Part shown: positions 24,883-38,484 of the stretch, piece after piece | How the letters are laid out: each line of letters begins with the position of its first letter | Position numbering within the stretch: position 1 is the stretch's first letter | Assembly: GCF_032444005.1 (NCBI RefSeq) | Contig: NC_091287.1 | Span: forward strand, 408,270,001-408,334,000 | Origin: Ranitomeya imitator | Taxonomy: Eukaryota | DNA: 64,000 nt | Direction: 5' to 3' | Translations under genes and position numbers: made by a program | Notes under the pieces: generated by a model | The model's input: only the letters and a program-made list of their open reading frames with translations | Database searches by the model: none | Told to the model about the DNA's origin: nothing

Positions 24883-24885
<3 letters not shown>
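24551..24885 (+). mobile_element. Penelope-like pLTR fragment with atypical hammerhead-like motif
   Basis: GAC-CCGTAGA-A-GCGC aagcaca GCGC-GAAA-TGGCCGTC-GTC (24556-24596), AATAAA 24669-24674, donor-like GGTGAGTG (GT at 24697); no TSD found; boundaries approximate. Confidence 0.5.
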
Positions 24886-24917
<32 letters not shown>

Positions 24918-27900
24918 AACACACACACACACACACTGTATGTCAGCCAATTTTACATTTTTATATGGTTGTTTAAGACTATCATATATTCAGCTGAATT
25001 TGAACTAAAACACTTCTTATTGAAGACTTTTTCCGGAGCTTTAATATTAATAACCCTTCTCTAGGATAAGTTATTGATGAGAAAAAGAAAACTGAAGCAC
25101 ACAATTCAGAATAGTAAAAGCGGTCTATTCACCTGTCTATTCATTTCATTGTTTCCACCCTTGATGGAGGGGGCCATGACAGGCTAGAATAGGTTATCAT
25201 TATTAAAGCCCTGGGACACACTGTTAACAAAAAACATTTCCCTTTAATAAGGATAGGTGTTGACAGTTGAATCGCCACCAATCAACTGATGGAGCGGGCG
25301 ATTGCAGAGCAGTGAGGATTGAGGCATGGGTATTGTGCACCCTCAGTGGCTGTGCCCTCAGTGGCTGTGCCCGCTGCTGCAGATCTCTGTGGCTCAGTCC
25401 TATTCAAGTGGTTTAGCCTGAGCTGCAATACCAGGCGCAGTCACAACATAATGTACAGCGCTGCGCCTGGTCAGTTGATCGGCCGGTGTTCTGTGAGTCG
25501 GACCCTCACCTTTCTAAGACCCTGGAACACCCCTTTAACTATTCTTCTATAACAGTTGGTCATTGTGTACATTGATGAGCATGTGTCAAAGATTTCTTGA
25601 CAATAGCAGTGGCATCATCCATTACCGGCTGGTGGTAACGGCATCCGTAGTGCGCCGTATACAGCATGATTTGGACTTCCAGCACAGAATGCACACAGCC
25701 ATATGTAGGAGGATGTAATTATGAAATGAGTGAGTGAAGCATCAGAGAGAAGCAGCAGATTACACACAGAATGGGCCGCACACATTTATTAAACACATTA
25801 TTCTGCCGCCGCTGCCTCATTGTTTTCCCTGTCGCAGTCAGTGTGTTAGTCATCTTGTCTGTCCTCTGTACTCCTCACGCTTTTTGATGTTATAAAATTT
25901 GTCGGTTCGCAAAACAAGATTTGACAGGTTCTTGGCAACACAACTGTTGTACTTTCTTTATTGTTATTTTCGTGCCACTCAGCAAATATTCATTTAACAG
26001 TTCTACTTGGTCACTTCTGTCTCCATTCAAAGATGTTTTGGAATCTCGAGGGTGGGGGAGGGACGGGGGGGGGGGGGGGGATTCGAAAAAAAAATCTGTC
26101 TGCTCTTGTGCAGAAACGTTGTGCAGACACAATTTTATTGTCCGCCTGAAAAAAAAAATATTTCAACTGGGTCTTTAACATTTAAGTCTATGGAAAACGG
26201 ATCCATTAAATAGCCATCCATTTTTCTCCTATTTAAAAAGGATCCGTTTTTACTTACTGGATCAGTTTTCCATAGGGGTAAATGTTAAAAGAACCGATCC
26301 AGTTGAAATATTTTTTTTTTTCAGGACAAAACAAGTGTTTTCTCAATGGATTGCTGCTGGATCCGTTCTACTGCATGATTACTGGACATGTGAACAAAGA
26401 CTTAAACAACCAGATTGGTTCTGGATCACAACATATCACATAGACCAAATACTATAGACGTTACAAAGTGGTCACATCAGTTCTAAGACCATTTTTTACT
26501 ATTCTTGGCAAACAATTTTCATGGAGCACAACTAAAAAGAAAACAACAAAAGCTCAGCTCCGCAGCAAAATTCTAACTGGCGTGAATGCCGAGGGTTTTC
26601 AGGTCAGTGTTCCCATGAATACAAATGCCTCTTTTTTGTAAGAAAAGCTTCTACTGGGTAATGCCCTCGTTTCAATTCCAAAATTGCACCTTAAGGGATT
26701 CTCCTCACTCCTCACAAATTTGCAGCTATATACTTGATTACCAAATGAAAGGAGGCACTTACTGGTTAATCTTTCCGCTCACTCATAGCTCGTGCCAATA
26801 ACCAAACCTTACATCATTTAATAATTGGGATAATACCGACATGAAGTTTGTCCAGCGAAGACCAATAACAATAATGCACTTATCAATGAGGAGGACTACG
26901 TAAACACAGCTAGCATCCATGGTCCATTCCCTTCTCCATCTTCTGGGCTCATCCATTTCTCTCGTTACGTGTAAATACATATTCATCATGAAACGTTAAC
27001 TACTCAATTGATCAATGACTCAGCTTTGCCTCTTCAGTCAATGCTATATTCTCTACTACTTAAATTGGATGTGAAAGTGTAGCGGTTCATTTTTCAGCCA
27101 CTAGGCAATGGGCCAAAATCAATGGAACATTTCACTTCCCAAGACTGGACTTTTTACAATGATAATGCCGGAGCCCTCATATCAATCATCTTCTCGTACA
27201 ATGTTTCTCATTCCATTCACCGATAGCCGGCAGATCAAGAGAGGATTTTACATTGGAGAAACGGACAAGCGGATAGCTAGTGTTCAAAACAACACTTCCC
27301 CAGGGTGATCCAGATCTTTTTTTTTTATAAATATAAATATCATATTTAAAGTGACTGCTGTAAGAGAATTATTTTTTTTACAAGATATCATTTTAAGCGA
27401 GCCATATTTAAAGTTACTGGACCCCTGGTAACAAAGAAAAATATAGAATGGAAGGACTTAGGCAGACACCATGAGTAAGTAGTCCAACGTTCACTGATGA
27501 GTCCACCCAACAGTAAGCCCACTAGGTGCCAGTTCTTTTCCACCTTTACTCTTGGCCTCAGATATCCCCACATCAATGGCATGAGTTGGCCACATAGTAT
27601 AAACAAATAAAAAATTATTCTGTCGGGCATTTCTACACAAAAAAATATATTTTTAAAGCCACTCATCTTAAGAGATCAGAGACAAAGAGGAAAGAAAATC
27701 AAGGACACATCTGTAATAGCACAGGGCATGCAGAGATGTGCAGACAAAATTACTTGTGTGAATCAAAGTCTTGGTGATGTGCTAATTAGGAGCCTCGAAG
27801 AGTGTTGAAAAAAATCAGGGCTGATTGCCCTATAATTATCCCTGCATTGTATGTGCCAAGCTCTAATATTACCACTGTTCTCGTACCAAAAATGGTGAAT

Positions 27901-28044
27901 GTACTACTATACAACTGACCACAAGTATGTGATAAAATTGAAGAAACGTGAGGATAAGATATAGATATGTGGTGGAGATAGTAATTACTGTAATACATTT
28001 CAACAAGAGGAAGTGAAAAACACAAGAGCAAGCTGTCCTTAATG

Positions 28045-28047
<3 letters not shown>

Positions 28048-28088
<41 letters not shown>
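28048..28088. repeat. (TA)n microsatellite
   Basis: Perfect TA run. Confidence 0.9.
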
Positions 28089-28090
<2 letters not shown>

Positions 28091-28946
28091 TTTTATATTT
28101 CAGGGTTCAAACATATACTGTAGAGTTTGCCCTTTTCTGCAGATCCTCTATTTCTTCCTTGTTCTTTATTACTTCTCATTTTTAATGTGTCAACTGTCAC
28201 TGTGTTTTGAGTCATTGTCCTTAGCGCTCTTCTCTATCACTCTGGAAATAAAATGTACAGTTCTCTGTAGATGGACGGCTCCATCGGCAGCCAGGTACAG
28301 ATTTACAACAAGATGAAAGTATAAGATAAGGAATACGAGATGATGACGGGATGTGGAGCGTCTTCTGCTCAGTATTTGTCAGAAAGTGGAGACAGAGGCA
28401 GAAATTCTTTACAATTTTCGAATATATTTTATGTATGACCCACAGTATACAAGATTCTAGCCCTGATTTATTAAGACTGGCGTTTTGTACGATCAGTCTT
28501 AAAGAATAAGGTGCATCAGACTCATTAATGAATTTGTTGGCTCTTCTCTTCTTTCGTGCACCTCACCAGCTATGTTACTCCAATCAGGGACTGAAGTAAC
28601 ATTCCTGACATATAGAACACCGCTACTTTGGAAGAATTGGCTGGCTAGGCCATACCACATCTCAGGTCCTCTTAGGTCTGCCTACTTTGGTGGAGCTGAG
28701 CAAAAGTTATGTCAAAATGCACAAAGATGTGCAAATTTTAAAAGTGTTTTACGCCACTTTTCTGGCCCTACTGTTTGTAGTAATTAATTGCTATAAAATC
28801 ACACATGTACCATTTTTATTGCTAAATCGAGCCCTAACAACTGTACTGCAACAGTTTCCATTGAATATCTACAAGCAAAAAACGAATAAGATCTCATTTC
28901 TGAAAACAAAATCTATTTAACAATAGTAGTATTTTTCAATAAAGTC

Positions 28947-29284
28947 TAGAGATGAGCGAACCCAAACTCAAATGTTCGGGTTTCAGTCTAGAGATGAGCG
29001 AACCCAAATTCAAAAGTTCGGGTTTCGTACCAGACAGTCTCTAGTTCGGGTTTCGTACCAGACAGTCTCTAGGTAGTCCGTTGCAATGTTTGGAGTTCCG
29101 GAGGAAGTCCGCTGCAGAGAGAGAGAGAAGATCTTCCAGCTCAAAAGTTTGGGTCCTCATTGTTTTCAATGGGGTTGGGCTTATGGTTCAAGTTCGGGTA
29201 AAGTTCTGGTTCAAGAACCAAACTTTTAAATAAAGTTTGGGTAGGGTACCAGAACTCAAACCTCCATGGGTCCGCTCATGCCTA
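28947..29284. mobile_element. hAT-like TAGAGATGAGCG-family MITE with local duplications
   Basis: TAGAGATGAGCG ... CGCTCATGCCTA; TSD ATAAAGTC / ATAGAGTC (7/8). Confidence 0.75.
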
Positions 29285-30012
29285 ATAGAGTCTAATTTTA
29301 GGCAATGTAAACTTAGACTAGACACTTTAATTACCCTGACATTTTTCATTTTTGCGCTTTTATTTTTTCCTTCCCTTGTTCCAAGAGCCTCAGCTCTCCG
29401 AATGGTCTGCCATTCATCGTTTGTTGCGGTCACTCTTTTTCTTTGTTTTGAATTTTTAGATTCTTATTATATTTGGTATTTCTATTGTATTTAGTAAGGA
29501 ATTGGACAGCTACATTTTCTTTGTTCCAAGAGCCATAGCTTTTATATTTTTCTGCCAATATTGTCATATAAGGGCTTGGTTATTACAGGACAAGTTGTAG
29601 TTTTTGAATTACACAATTTATTTTACCATATAATATACTGAAAACAGGAAAAAAAATCAAATGGGGTCATTAAGATTACAACAATACCAGCTTATAAGGT
29701 TATTTTTATATTTCAGTGGTTAAAAGAAATTCAGATCCTTGTTAAAAAAAATGATTGTGTCGCTATTTTCTGACAACAGTATATTTTTTCTCTGAGGGCT
29801 TGATTTTTGAAAGCTGAGCTGCCATTTTACCACTGTACATATGACATTTTGATAACTTTTTACTGTTTTATATTTTGGGAAGTGCAGTGACTAAAAAATG
29901 TAAATTCTGGCATTTCAAGTTTTTTTTTCCTTCAGCATTCCCCATATACGGTAGTTTAAATACTTTTATATTTTGATAGACCAGACATTTTTGGCCCCGA
30001 TAATACCAAATA

Positions 30013-31053
30013 CCGTATATACTCGAGTATAAGCCGACCCGAATATAAGCCGACACCCCTAATTTTGCCACAAAAAAATGGAAAAACTTAATGACTCGAG
30101 TATAAGCCTAGGGTAGAAAATGCAGCAGCTACTGGTAAATTTCAAAAATATAATGCTCCATAAAGTTCATGATGGGCCCATATAGTTCATGATGGGCCCA
30201 TATAATGCTCCATACAGTTGATGGTGGGCCCATATAATGCTCCATAAAGTTGATGGGCCCATATAATGTTCCATACAGTTGATGATGAGCCCATATAATG
30301 CTCCATACAGTTGATGATGGGCCTCATAAGAAGCTCCATATAAAAATGTGCCCCTTGTAATGCTGCATACAGTTCATTATGGCCTCATAAGATGCTCCAT
30401 TTAAAACTGTGCCATATAGAATGCTCCATACATTTCATTATTGCCCCATAAGATGCTCCATATAAAGTGGTGCCACATGTAATGCTGCTGCTGCAATAAA
30501 AAAAAAAGACATACTCACCTCTCTTTGCTTGCTGCCCGCTGCTCCTCAGTGTCCTGTCTCTCTGCACTGACTGATCAGGCAGAGGGCGGCACGCACACTA
30601 ATACGTCATCGCGCCCTCTGACCTGAACAGTCACAGCAAGAGGACGGGAAGACAGAGCGGCGCCCGGCGGATGGAATGCGGACAGGTGACTATGAAATAC
30701 TCACCTGCTCCGGCGTGGTCCCTGGCAGCTTCTCCCGGACAGATGGTCTCCAGCTTCTTCCTGTAGTAAGTGGTCACGTGGGACCGCTCATTACAGGAAT
30801 GAATATGCGGCTCCATCCCTATGGGAGTGGAGTCCATATTCATTACTTTAATGAGCGGTCCCACGTGACCGCTGAACAGAGGAAGAGCTGCGGCACCCAG
30901 AAACCATGGGACAGGTAGGGAAAGCGACAGGTGTGCCGGGACTAGGTGAGTATATGACAGTCCTCTCTCCCCCCCTCACCCACCGACCCCACCGCCGATC
31001 ATGACTCAAGTATAAGCCAAGTAAAATCTCAGCTTATACTCGAGTATATACGG
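30013..31053. mobile_element. Tc1/mariner (pogo/Tigger-like) non-autonomous element
   Basis: TA|CCGTATATACTCGAGTATAAGC ... GCTTATACTCGAGTATATACGG|TA; internal ATAATGCTCCATA..GGGCCC minisatellite. Confidence 0.8.
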
Positions 31054-31449
31054 TATATTTATTATGTTACATTCTAGTTTTTTGTTTTTTGAATTGGGAA
31101 AAGCGGGGTGATTCCAAGTTTTATATATTATTTATTTGCTTATAGTTTAATTTTTCTTACTTTGTAAGTCTCTCCAGGGGTATTAAAGGATAGTAAAATT
31201 GTAGTTATCCTCTGAAATTTAGAGACCCATGTCACAAAAAGTGCATCATAGGGGTTAAAATGTGCCAGATTTATCAAAGGAGTTTATGCTGGAGGATAAA
31301 TCTACTGTAATTTAAAAATGTCTAGCTTACACCCTTTGTTAGGGTAGATTGTGTCGTTAATTTGTGCCAAAATGTTGCCAATTTTTGGCCGCGTCGCACA
31401 TTACACCAGAACTGATTTTTAAACCACTCTCTTTTCCAAAAAGGCTATA

Positions 31450-31826
31450 CAGGTAGTCCTCGACTTACGATGTTGATCCGTTCTTACGCGGCGGCGTAAA
31501 CCGAATTTCGATGTAAGTCGGACCACACATTCATACAGTACTGTACCATAATAACAGTACAGTACTGCAAACACTTAGCTTATCCAAACACCTATCCTAA
31601 TACAGTACCCTACATAATTAGGGTGTTATGGCGTGCAGGAGACTTGTTTTCCTTGTGTAACAGGGTATAGTGTACAGTACTGGACTCTATTCTTCCGCCG
31701 CTGCACATAGTTGCACGTAGTTAGACTTACGACGCAAAACCGCGTAAGTCGGAATGAGGCGTTGTATAAAGCGTCGTAACCACGAAACGATGTAACTTGA
31801 GACCGTTGTAACCTGAGGACTAACTG
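31450..31826. mobile_element. Tigger-like MITE
   Basis: TA|CAGGTAGTCCTCGACTTAC ... GTAACCTGAGGACTAACTG|TA; repeated CGACTTACG/CGTAAGTCG subterminal motifs. Confidence 0.7.
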
Positions 31827-33193
31827 TACAACCTTCCTTGCTGGACAATAATCCTGGTAGTTCTAACATGTATGACGCCACTGTCTCGGTGTTTCCTTGG
31901 GTCACCTTCCTATCTAGTTGCCAAAAATCCACAAAGAAGGAAGAAGATAGAGTAACCTGGAGGTTCTCTTATATAAATAGCCTTGTATGTCGCTTGTATG
32001 TAAGTTGATGTTTTTCTATATTTGCCATAATAATGGCTATAATGTGGCCAAAACATTGTATTGTTTTAGATTTTTTTATGCTTTCAAAAGATTTATTATG
32101 GGATTGCTCTAGCGTCTTGGATACATTTGTTTGTGCCCTTGTGGGATACGTTAACAAAAGTTTTTACAATAAAAAAAAAAGTATGATGCAATTCATGAAA
32201 GGTACTTTTTTATCACAAATTACATCAGATTTCTGGGGCATTTAGCTTGATAAATTAGCCCCAATATGTATTTAGGCCTTTTACAAAACCATGGTGTAAC
32301 ATCTTTTAGCTGAAAATTTTCCGTTATAATAGTCTTAAAAGGGAAAAACACTCAAAATCTGATGTGACACAAGTATCTAGCAGATGTACACATACTGTAT
32401 ATTGCCTATAGTTAACACAAACTACATGGTGGAAAATAAGTTTTCAAACCCTGTGACTTTTTTTACAAATTGCTAAGCATTATACAGTAAAAGGAGTAAT
32501 AGTTATCTCAGGACCCTATTTACAAGGCTTTGGGTTTATGGTAGAGTGTTAAAATGAGACTGGCTGCTCTGATTGGCAGCAGCGGTGATGTGTCGCCACT
32601 GTGGCAACGGATTAGGGAATGCAACAATTCTATTTTGTATGCTATAGATCGGTCAGAGATTGGTAACTTCATCTGTTTCTTTTTTAATACTTTGTAAAAA
32701 GTTCATCAGGCTAAAAAACCTCTTTATGGGACAGTTCAACTTTGCATCTATTGTGATAGTTTGAACAATGGTCAAAGATCTATTTTTTTAAAGGGAATCT
32801 GTCAGGTGATTCATGACATAGCCAGTATGAATCAGGACAAGTTCCCTCGATGTTTTACTCTGAAACACATGGTGTTTAAGGAAAATATATTTTTTTAAAA
32901 AGGAACAGAGGTAGAGAAAAGCAGGCTTTGGCCCACGGATCATCAGATCAATCCTGAGTTGGACAGGGAGAAGCCTGAGGGGACTCACACGAAGACTTTT
33001 CCTTATTCTCATTTTGAACATAGCATTTATGCGTAAAGTATAGATGACCACAATAAGGGAAGGTACAGCAGCCCCCGGAAGATACCCACGCGAAACGCGC
33101 GTCAGTGCGGTGTGTGCTGCAAAACAGGGCAGCGATGGGTAAGAGCGGTTATGTTATGTGACTTTTGTGTTATCTCAGTCAGCGCTATACATA

Positions 33194-34799
33194 CAGTGGG
33201 GTAAAAAAGTATTTAGTCAGTCAGCAATAGTGCAAGTTCCACCACTTAAAAAGATGAGAGGCGTCTGTAATTTACATCATAGGTAGACCTCAACTATGGG
33301 AGACAAACTGAGAAAAAAAAATCCAGAAAATCACATTGTCTGTTTTTTTATCGTTTTATTTGCATATCATGGTGGAAAATAAGTATTTGGTCAGAAACAA
33401 ACAATCAAGATTTCTGGCTCTCACAGACCTGTAACTTCTTCTTTAAGAGTCTCCTCTTTCCTCCACTCATTACCTGTAGTAATGGCACCTGTTTAAACTT
33501 GTTATCAGTATAAAAAGACACCTGTGCACACCCTCAAACAGTCTGACTCCAAACTCCACTATGGTGAAGACCAAAGAGCTGTCAAAGGACACCAGAAACA
33601 AAATTGTAGCCCTGCACCAGGCTGGGAAGACTGAATCTGCAATAGCCAACCAGCTTGGAGTGAAGAAATCAACAGTGGGAGCAATAATTAGAAAATGGAA
33701 GACATACAAGACCACTGATAATCTCCCTCGATCTGGGGCTCCACGCAAAATCCCACCCCGTGGGGTCAGAATGATCACAAGAACGGTGAGCAAAAATCCC
33801 AGAACCACGCGGGGGGACCTAGTGAATGAACTGCAGAGAGCTGGGACCAATGTAACAAGGCCTACCATAAGTAACACACTACGCCACCATGGACTCAGAT
33901 CCTGCAGTGCCAGACGTGTCCCACTGCTTAAGCCAGTACATGTCCGGGCCCGTCTGAAGTTTGCTAGAGAGCATTTGGATGATCCAGAGGAGTTTTGGGA
34001 GAATGTCCTATGGTCTGATGAAACCAAACTGGAACTGTTTGGTAGAAACACAACTTGTCGTGTTTGGAGGAAAAAGAATACTGAGTTGCATCCATCAAAC
34101 ACCATACCTACTGTAAAGCATGGTGGTGGAAACATCATGCTTTGGGGCTGTTTCTCTGCAAAGGGGCCAGGACGACTGATCCGGGTACATGAAAGAATGA
34201 ATGGGGCCATGTATCGTGAGATTTTGAGTGCAAACCTCCTTCCATCAGCAAGGGCATTGAAGATGAAACGTGGCTGGGTCTTTCAACATGACAATGATCC
34301 AAAGCACACTGCCAGGGCAACGAAGGAGTGGCTTCGTAAGAAGCATTTCAAGGTCCTGGAGTGGCCTAGCCAGTCTCCAGATCTCAACCCTATAGAAAAC
34401 CTTTGGAGGGAGTTGAAAGTCCGTGTTGCCAAGCGAAAAGCCAAAAACATCACTGCTCTAGAGGAGATCTGCATGGAGGAATGGGCCAACATACCAACAA
34501 CAGTGTGTGGCAACCTTGTGAAGACTTACAGAAAACGTTTGACCTCTGTCATTGCCAACAAAGGATATATTACAAAGTATTGAGATGAAATTTTGTTTCT
34601 GACCAAATACTTATTTTCCACCATAATATGCAAATAAAATGTTAAAAAAACAGACAATGTGATTTTCTGGATTTTTTTTTCTCAGTTTGTCTCCCATAGT
34701 TGAGGTCTACCTATGATGTAAATTACAGACGCCTCTCATCTTTTTAAGTGGTGGAACTTGCACTATTGCTGACTGACTAAATACTTTTTTGCCCCACTG
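33194..34799 (+). mobile_element. Full-length Tc1-family DNA transposon (IR/DR type), 1606 bp
   Basis: TA TSD (33192-33193, 34800-34801); 208-bp TIRs (33194-33401, 34592-34799) differing at about 4 positions; outer/inner direct repeats AAAAAAGTATTTAGTCAG / AAAATAAGTATTTGGTCAG; AATAAA in right TIR. Confidence 0.97.
33561..34583 (+). CDS. Intact Tc1 DD34E transposase (340 aa)
   Basis: N-terminal paired-like HTH region, GAPRK linker, catalytic [14 protein letters not shown] and DLNPIENLW with exactly 34 residues between the second D and E; no stops or frameshifts. Confidence 0.95.
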   Translation: MVKTKELSKDTRNKIVALHQAGKTESAIANQLGVKKSTVGAIIRKWKTYKTTDNLPRSGAPRKIPPRGVRMITRTVSKNPRTTRGDLVNELQRAGTNVTRPTISNTLRHHGLRSCSARRVPLLKPVHVRARLKFAREHLDDPEEFWENVLWSDETKLELFGRNTTCRVWRKKNTELHPSNTIPTVKHGGGNIMLWGCFSAKGPGRLIRVHERMNGAMYREILSANLLPSARALKMKRGWVFQHDNDPKHTARATKEWLRKKHFKVLEWPSQSPDLNPIENLWRELKVRVAKRKAKNITALEEICMEEWANIPTTVCGNLVKTYRKRLTSVIANKGYITKY

Positions 34800-37700
34800 T
34801 ATATATACTATGACTTCATATTTGGATTACTGCGTTCGTGCTGACGTGATCACACTGGTGCCCTTAATATATTATTGCACTGTCACTTTACTTTTTATAT
34901 GGGTTTGACTATTGAGCTGTAGCCTAGCATGCTGCACCTGTGGTGTTGCACTTGACCCTCTTTGTTGCCCCTGTTTCCCTTTGATTGAAACTCTGTCATT
35001 GATCTAGATATTATTGCTGTAGAAGTGCCTTGTTTATATTGCGAAAAAATAAAAGTATTTGATTTTTAAAATTCTTTGGTGGAATGTCTACTCTATTCCT
35101 TGCATGTAAGGGGAGCCTGTCCCTGATTCCTGCTTTCTGAGATATGGTCCGCACTAATCATCTGACAAGGTTCTAAGTAAATGTCAGAGGACCAACCATG
35201 GCTGTAATGACACCATATGTCTAGTATTTTCAGAATGAAAAAAAAAACCTAATAAAAGTATAATAAAAGACTGTGACACGATTAAAAAGAAAGATTCAAC
35301 ATCAAACTATGAAAACCAATACCTGTGATATCCAATAATGTCGCTTTCAGAAAATATATTTATATTTTTTTCCCCAAATTACCAGCTTATAATATTGCTT
35401 CAGCACTTCCAGCCAATTTACTCCTGAAAAGCCTTGCACTGCACTTTCCAAAGAAAATAAAACACATATACTCACACAATTCTTTCGGAAGAAATTGCTT
35501 CGAGACGGTATAGCCAACAACATAAACCAATAAAGCAGTCCTCTGTGCATCCAATGAACAGATTTGTTTTTATTTAATGGCACAAAAATAGATATAATTT
35601 AGAGCCCTCACCTGCTCACCCAAGTGCATGTCAGAGAACAAGCTTTGCGTGCCACAGCAGAATAATTGCCCGCGAGGAAAGTTCTGTCTAAACAGCAGCA
35701 AATAATTTCTCTTTTTAACAAATTTATATAAGAACAATAAAGCAAATTGCCGAGGGCCGACGCATAATTCTTCAACGGAAAATGAACAAGTCTTCATTAA
35801 TAACTCTGTGTGAGCGGCCTGCCAACTAGGATGCCTTCTTCTAGACAGTAGGGCACATACCCAGGGCATGGAAGTGACAAAGATGATAGGACGTAATCGG
35901 TAAGTGTGCGGCACAGATCACACAAGACCAGTCACTCCGCTGGGACATTTGCACTAAATCTAGGGCACGTTTTGTAAGTCATAAGCAGCTGTTAACATGG
36001 GATTCTTGCTGTCAGCAAAGGAAATCTTCATTTAGCCGCAGTATCTAACTACTGAACACCAGCATCCATATAAATCCGAGGAAAATCACTCCAGTGGTGA
36101 AAATTATTCCTCTCAACGACTCGTTATAAGAAAAAAGAATGGGCAAATACAAAAAGAGGAATTTTCAGGACAATGGATCTATATGAATGCAAATCATAGC
36201 ATATAGCGGATAATTGCACGTTGGCCATTTTGTTTTTAGAAGTATTTAGGAGCAGTTGTGTTTTTCTTTCCATGCCAAGCTTCTCGAGACCTCGCAGCCA
36301 CTTCCTGTTGCGTTACAATAGCTGTACAATGGACGGGTAGTGTAAGACATAGCTTAAGCTCTTTATAAATGGCTGACTGCCAGCTGTCTATGCTGGATTG
36401 GATGTCGTGAGCCGAGCACAATGCCAAAACTGTTAAGTATCACATATTCACACAAAAATCTGTATTTGTTACCCGAAGTGGAAGCAATTCCCGACCACGA
36501 GTATTTCTAAATCCCGTCTTTCTTCTATTTAACTATGTCCAGAACCTCCTGGCACTAATTAAAGGCGCAATGAAATCCTATACAGAATTTACTAGAACGT
36601 TCGTTACTAACAAGCTATAAAAGTTTTGTTTTATGGCTTTTTGGGAACTGGTAATTGAGTGCACAACTTATCTAACGTCAAGACACATTTTCTATCAGGT
36701 TTCTCAAAGTCTGGAATAATGAATAAAGATGGTCTGAGTGGCTGATCTTTTATGGCATTTTACATATTGATTGCTTTCATTTACTTTTTATCCTAAGTTC
36801 TGTCTAGTATACATATACTCTATATTTGTGTTGGTATGTTGATTAGAAATCAAATAAACGTAATTTTATGCAAAAGACTTGATATAAAGCTGGCCACATA
36901 CATTAGATAGCTGTCAAATGATTGTTCATATGCCAGGTAGCTCTCCCAACTCCCAAATGCTCATATGTTCTCTATGAGAGAGCCGCTGTCAGAACCATCC
37001 GGCAGCAGCTTATCACACCATTGAACAAATGGATCGGACTTTGAAATTCATCATTAGCAGTCAGCAGGGGTGCAAAAACCACGGTAGCAGAAGTCATGAC
37101 CAGGCTCGTGCAGGTGAGCGGCCTGCCGACGGCACTGCAAACTTCAGCAGGATGTGCATCCATGGACGTACATTTAGCTGAAGTGTATTGTGGCGCAGAG
37201 ACCCATTGGGTCCATGTGCAACAATAGACGCTGTCGGCCAATCAGATGCCAGCAGCTGATTTTGGCAGTGACATCATGCACTCCCGTCGCTTTCACACTG
37301 AATTCAACTGCCAGCTTCAGAAGAGAACGCAACAAGGCAGGAAGAGGTGAGAAGGTGAGTATAATTATTTTTTTTTTGTATTAAAGAACAGTGACAGAAC
37401 AAGGACATAAAGCAGAATGGGGGAAATATATACTAGGATGGGGCTCAGGATAAGGGACATATATACAAGGATGGGGCCCAGGATAAGGAACATATATACC
37501 ATACCAGGATGGGAAATATATTTACCAGGATGAGGCTAGGAAGGGGAACATACATACTAGGATGAAGAACAAATATATATGCCAGAATGGGGCCACAATG
37601 AGGGACATATAAACCAGAATGGAGGACATATTTTTATACCTGGATGGGGGGTTGATCCAAATCTTGCACTGGGGCCCGTCAGACTCTAGTTACTCCACTG

Positions 37701-38484
37701 GCTGTCAGGTTAGTGTCATACACTCAAATCAACAGGTTTAGATGACTATAATCATATGTGTATGGTGGCTTTTAGTTTTGAATTTAACCTTTGATTGACA
37801 ACTTTGAAAAGATTTGGTGTCACACATTGGAAATGTAGCATGTCAGGCATGTTGTAAATGCATTAGCGCAACAGCCAGGTAATAGCGCCCAGAGGTTTTC
37901 ATAAGGGATTGTGCAGACAACCGTATAAGTTGGGCGAGTGATATCCATTGTTTTTATTAATAGTACTCATCCTTAAGACAAGTGGTCCAATAAAAAATAT
38001 CACAACACGCAAGATTTGCCTCCAATAATAAGATCACATTTGGCCATTTAAGTCTTGGGAAAACATTGGGCGGCACTAGGATGACATTCAAGTGGGGTAT
38101 GATTTTGAAGGACAGACTGAATGGGGAAGCTGGAGAAACTTTTCTTTTTTCTCCACCTACAAGAAAATAGGATCACACTTTGATCACCCTATGAACAAAC
38201 TGTGATCAGAGTATGAGAGATATACAATGAACATGCATACCAGAACATGTGTGGGTACCTCACTGGTTAAAGAAGCTCTGACCTACAGAACCATGCAACG
38301 GGGGTGAAATTGGGTGATTTATGCACTTTTGAAAATCAAAGTATAACAATAAATTTACTTACGGTATGTTACATTTCCAAAATAATGAAAAGGTTTTTTT
38401 CTTACATTAGCAAATTCCTTTAATAGCTGACACTCCACTATGCAAAGTACCACTGCATAGTAAGTAGTATAATATTGTATAAAG

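Noticed and set aside
33470-34210. 246-aa minus-strand ORF
   Set aside because: Antisense shadow of the Tc1 transposase ORF.
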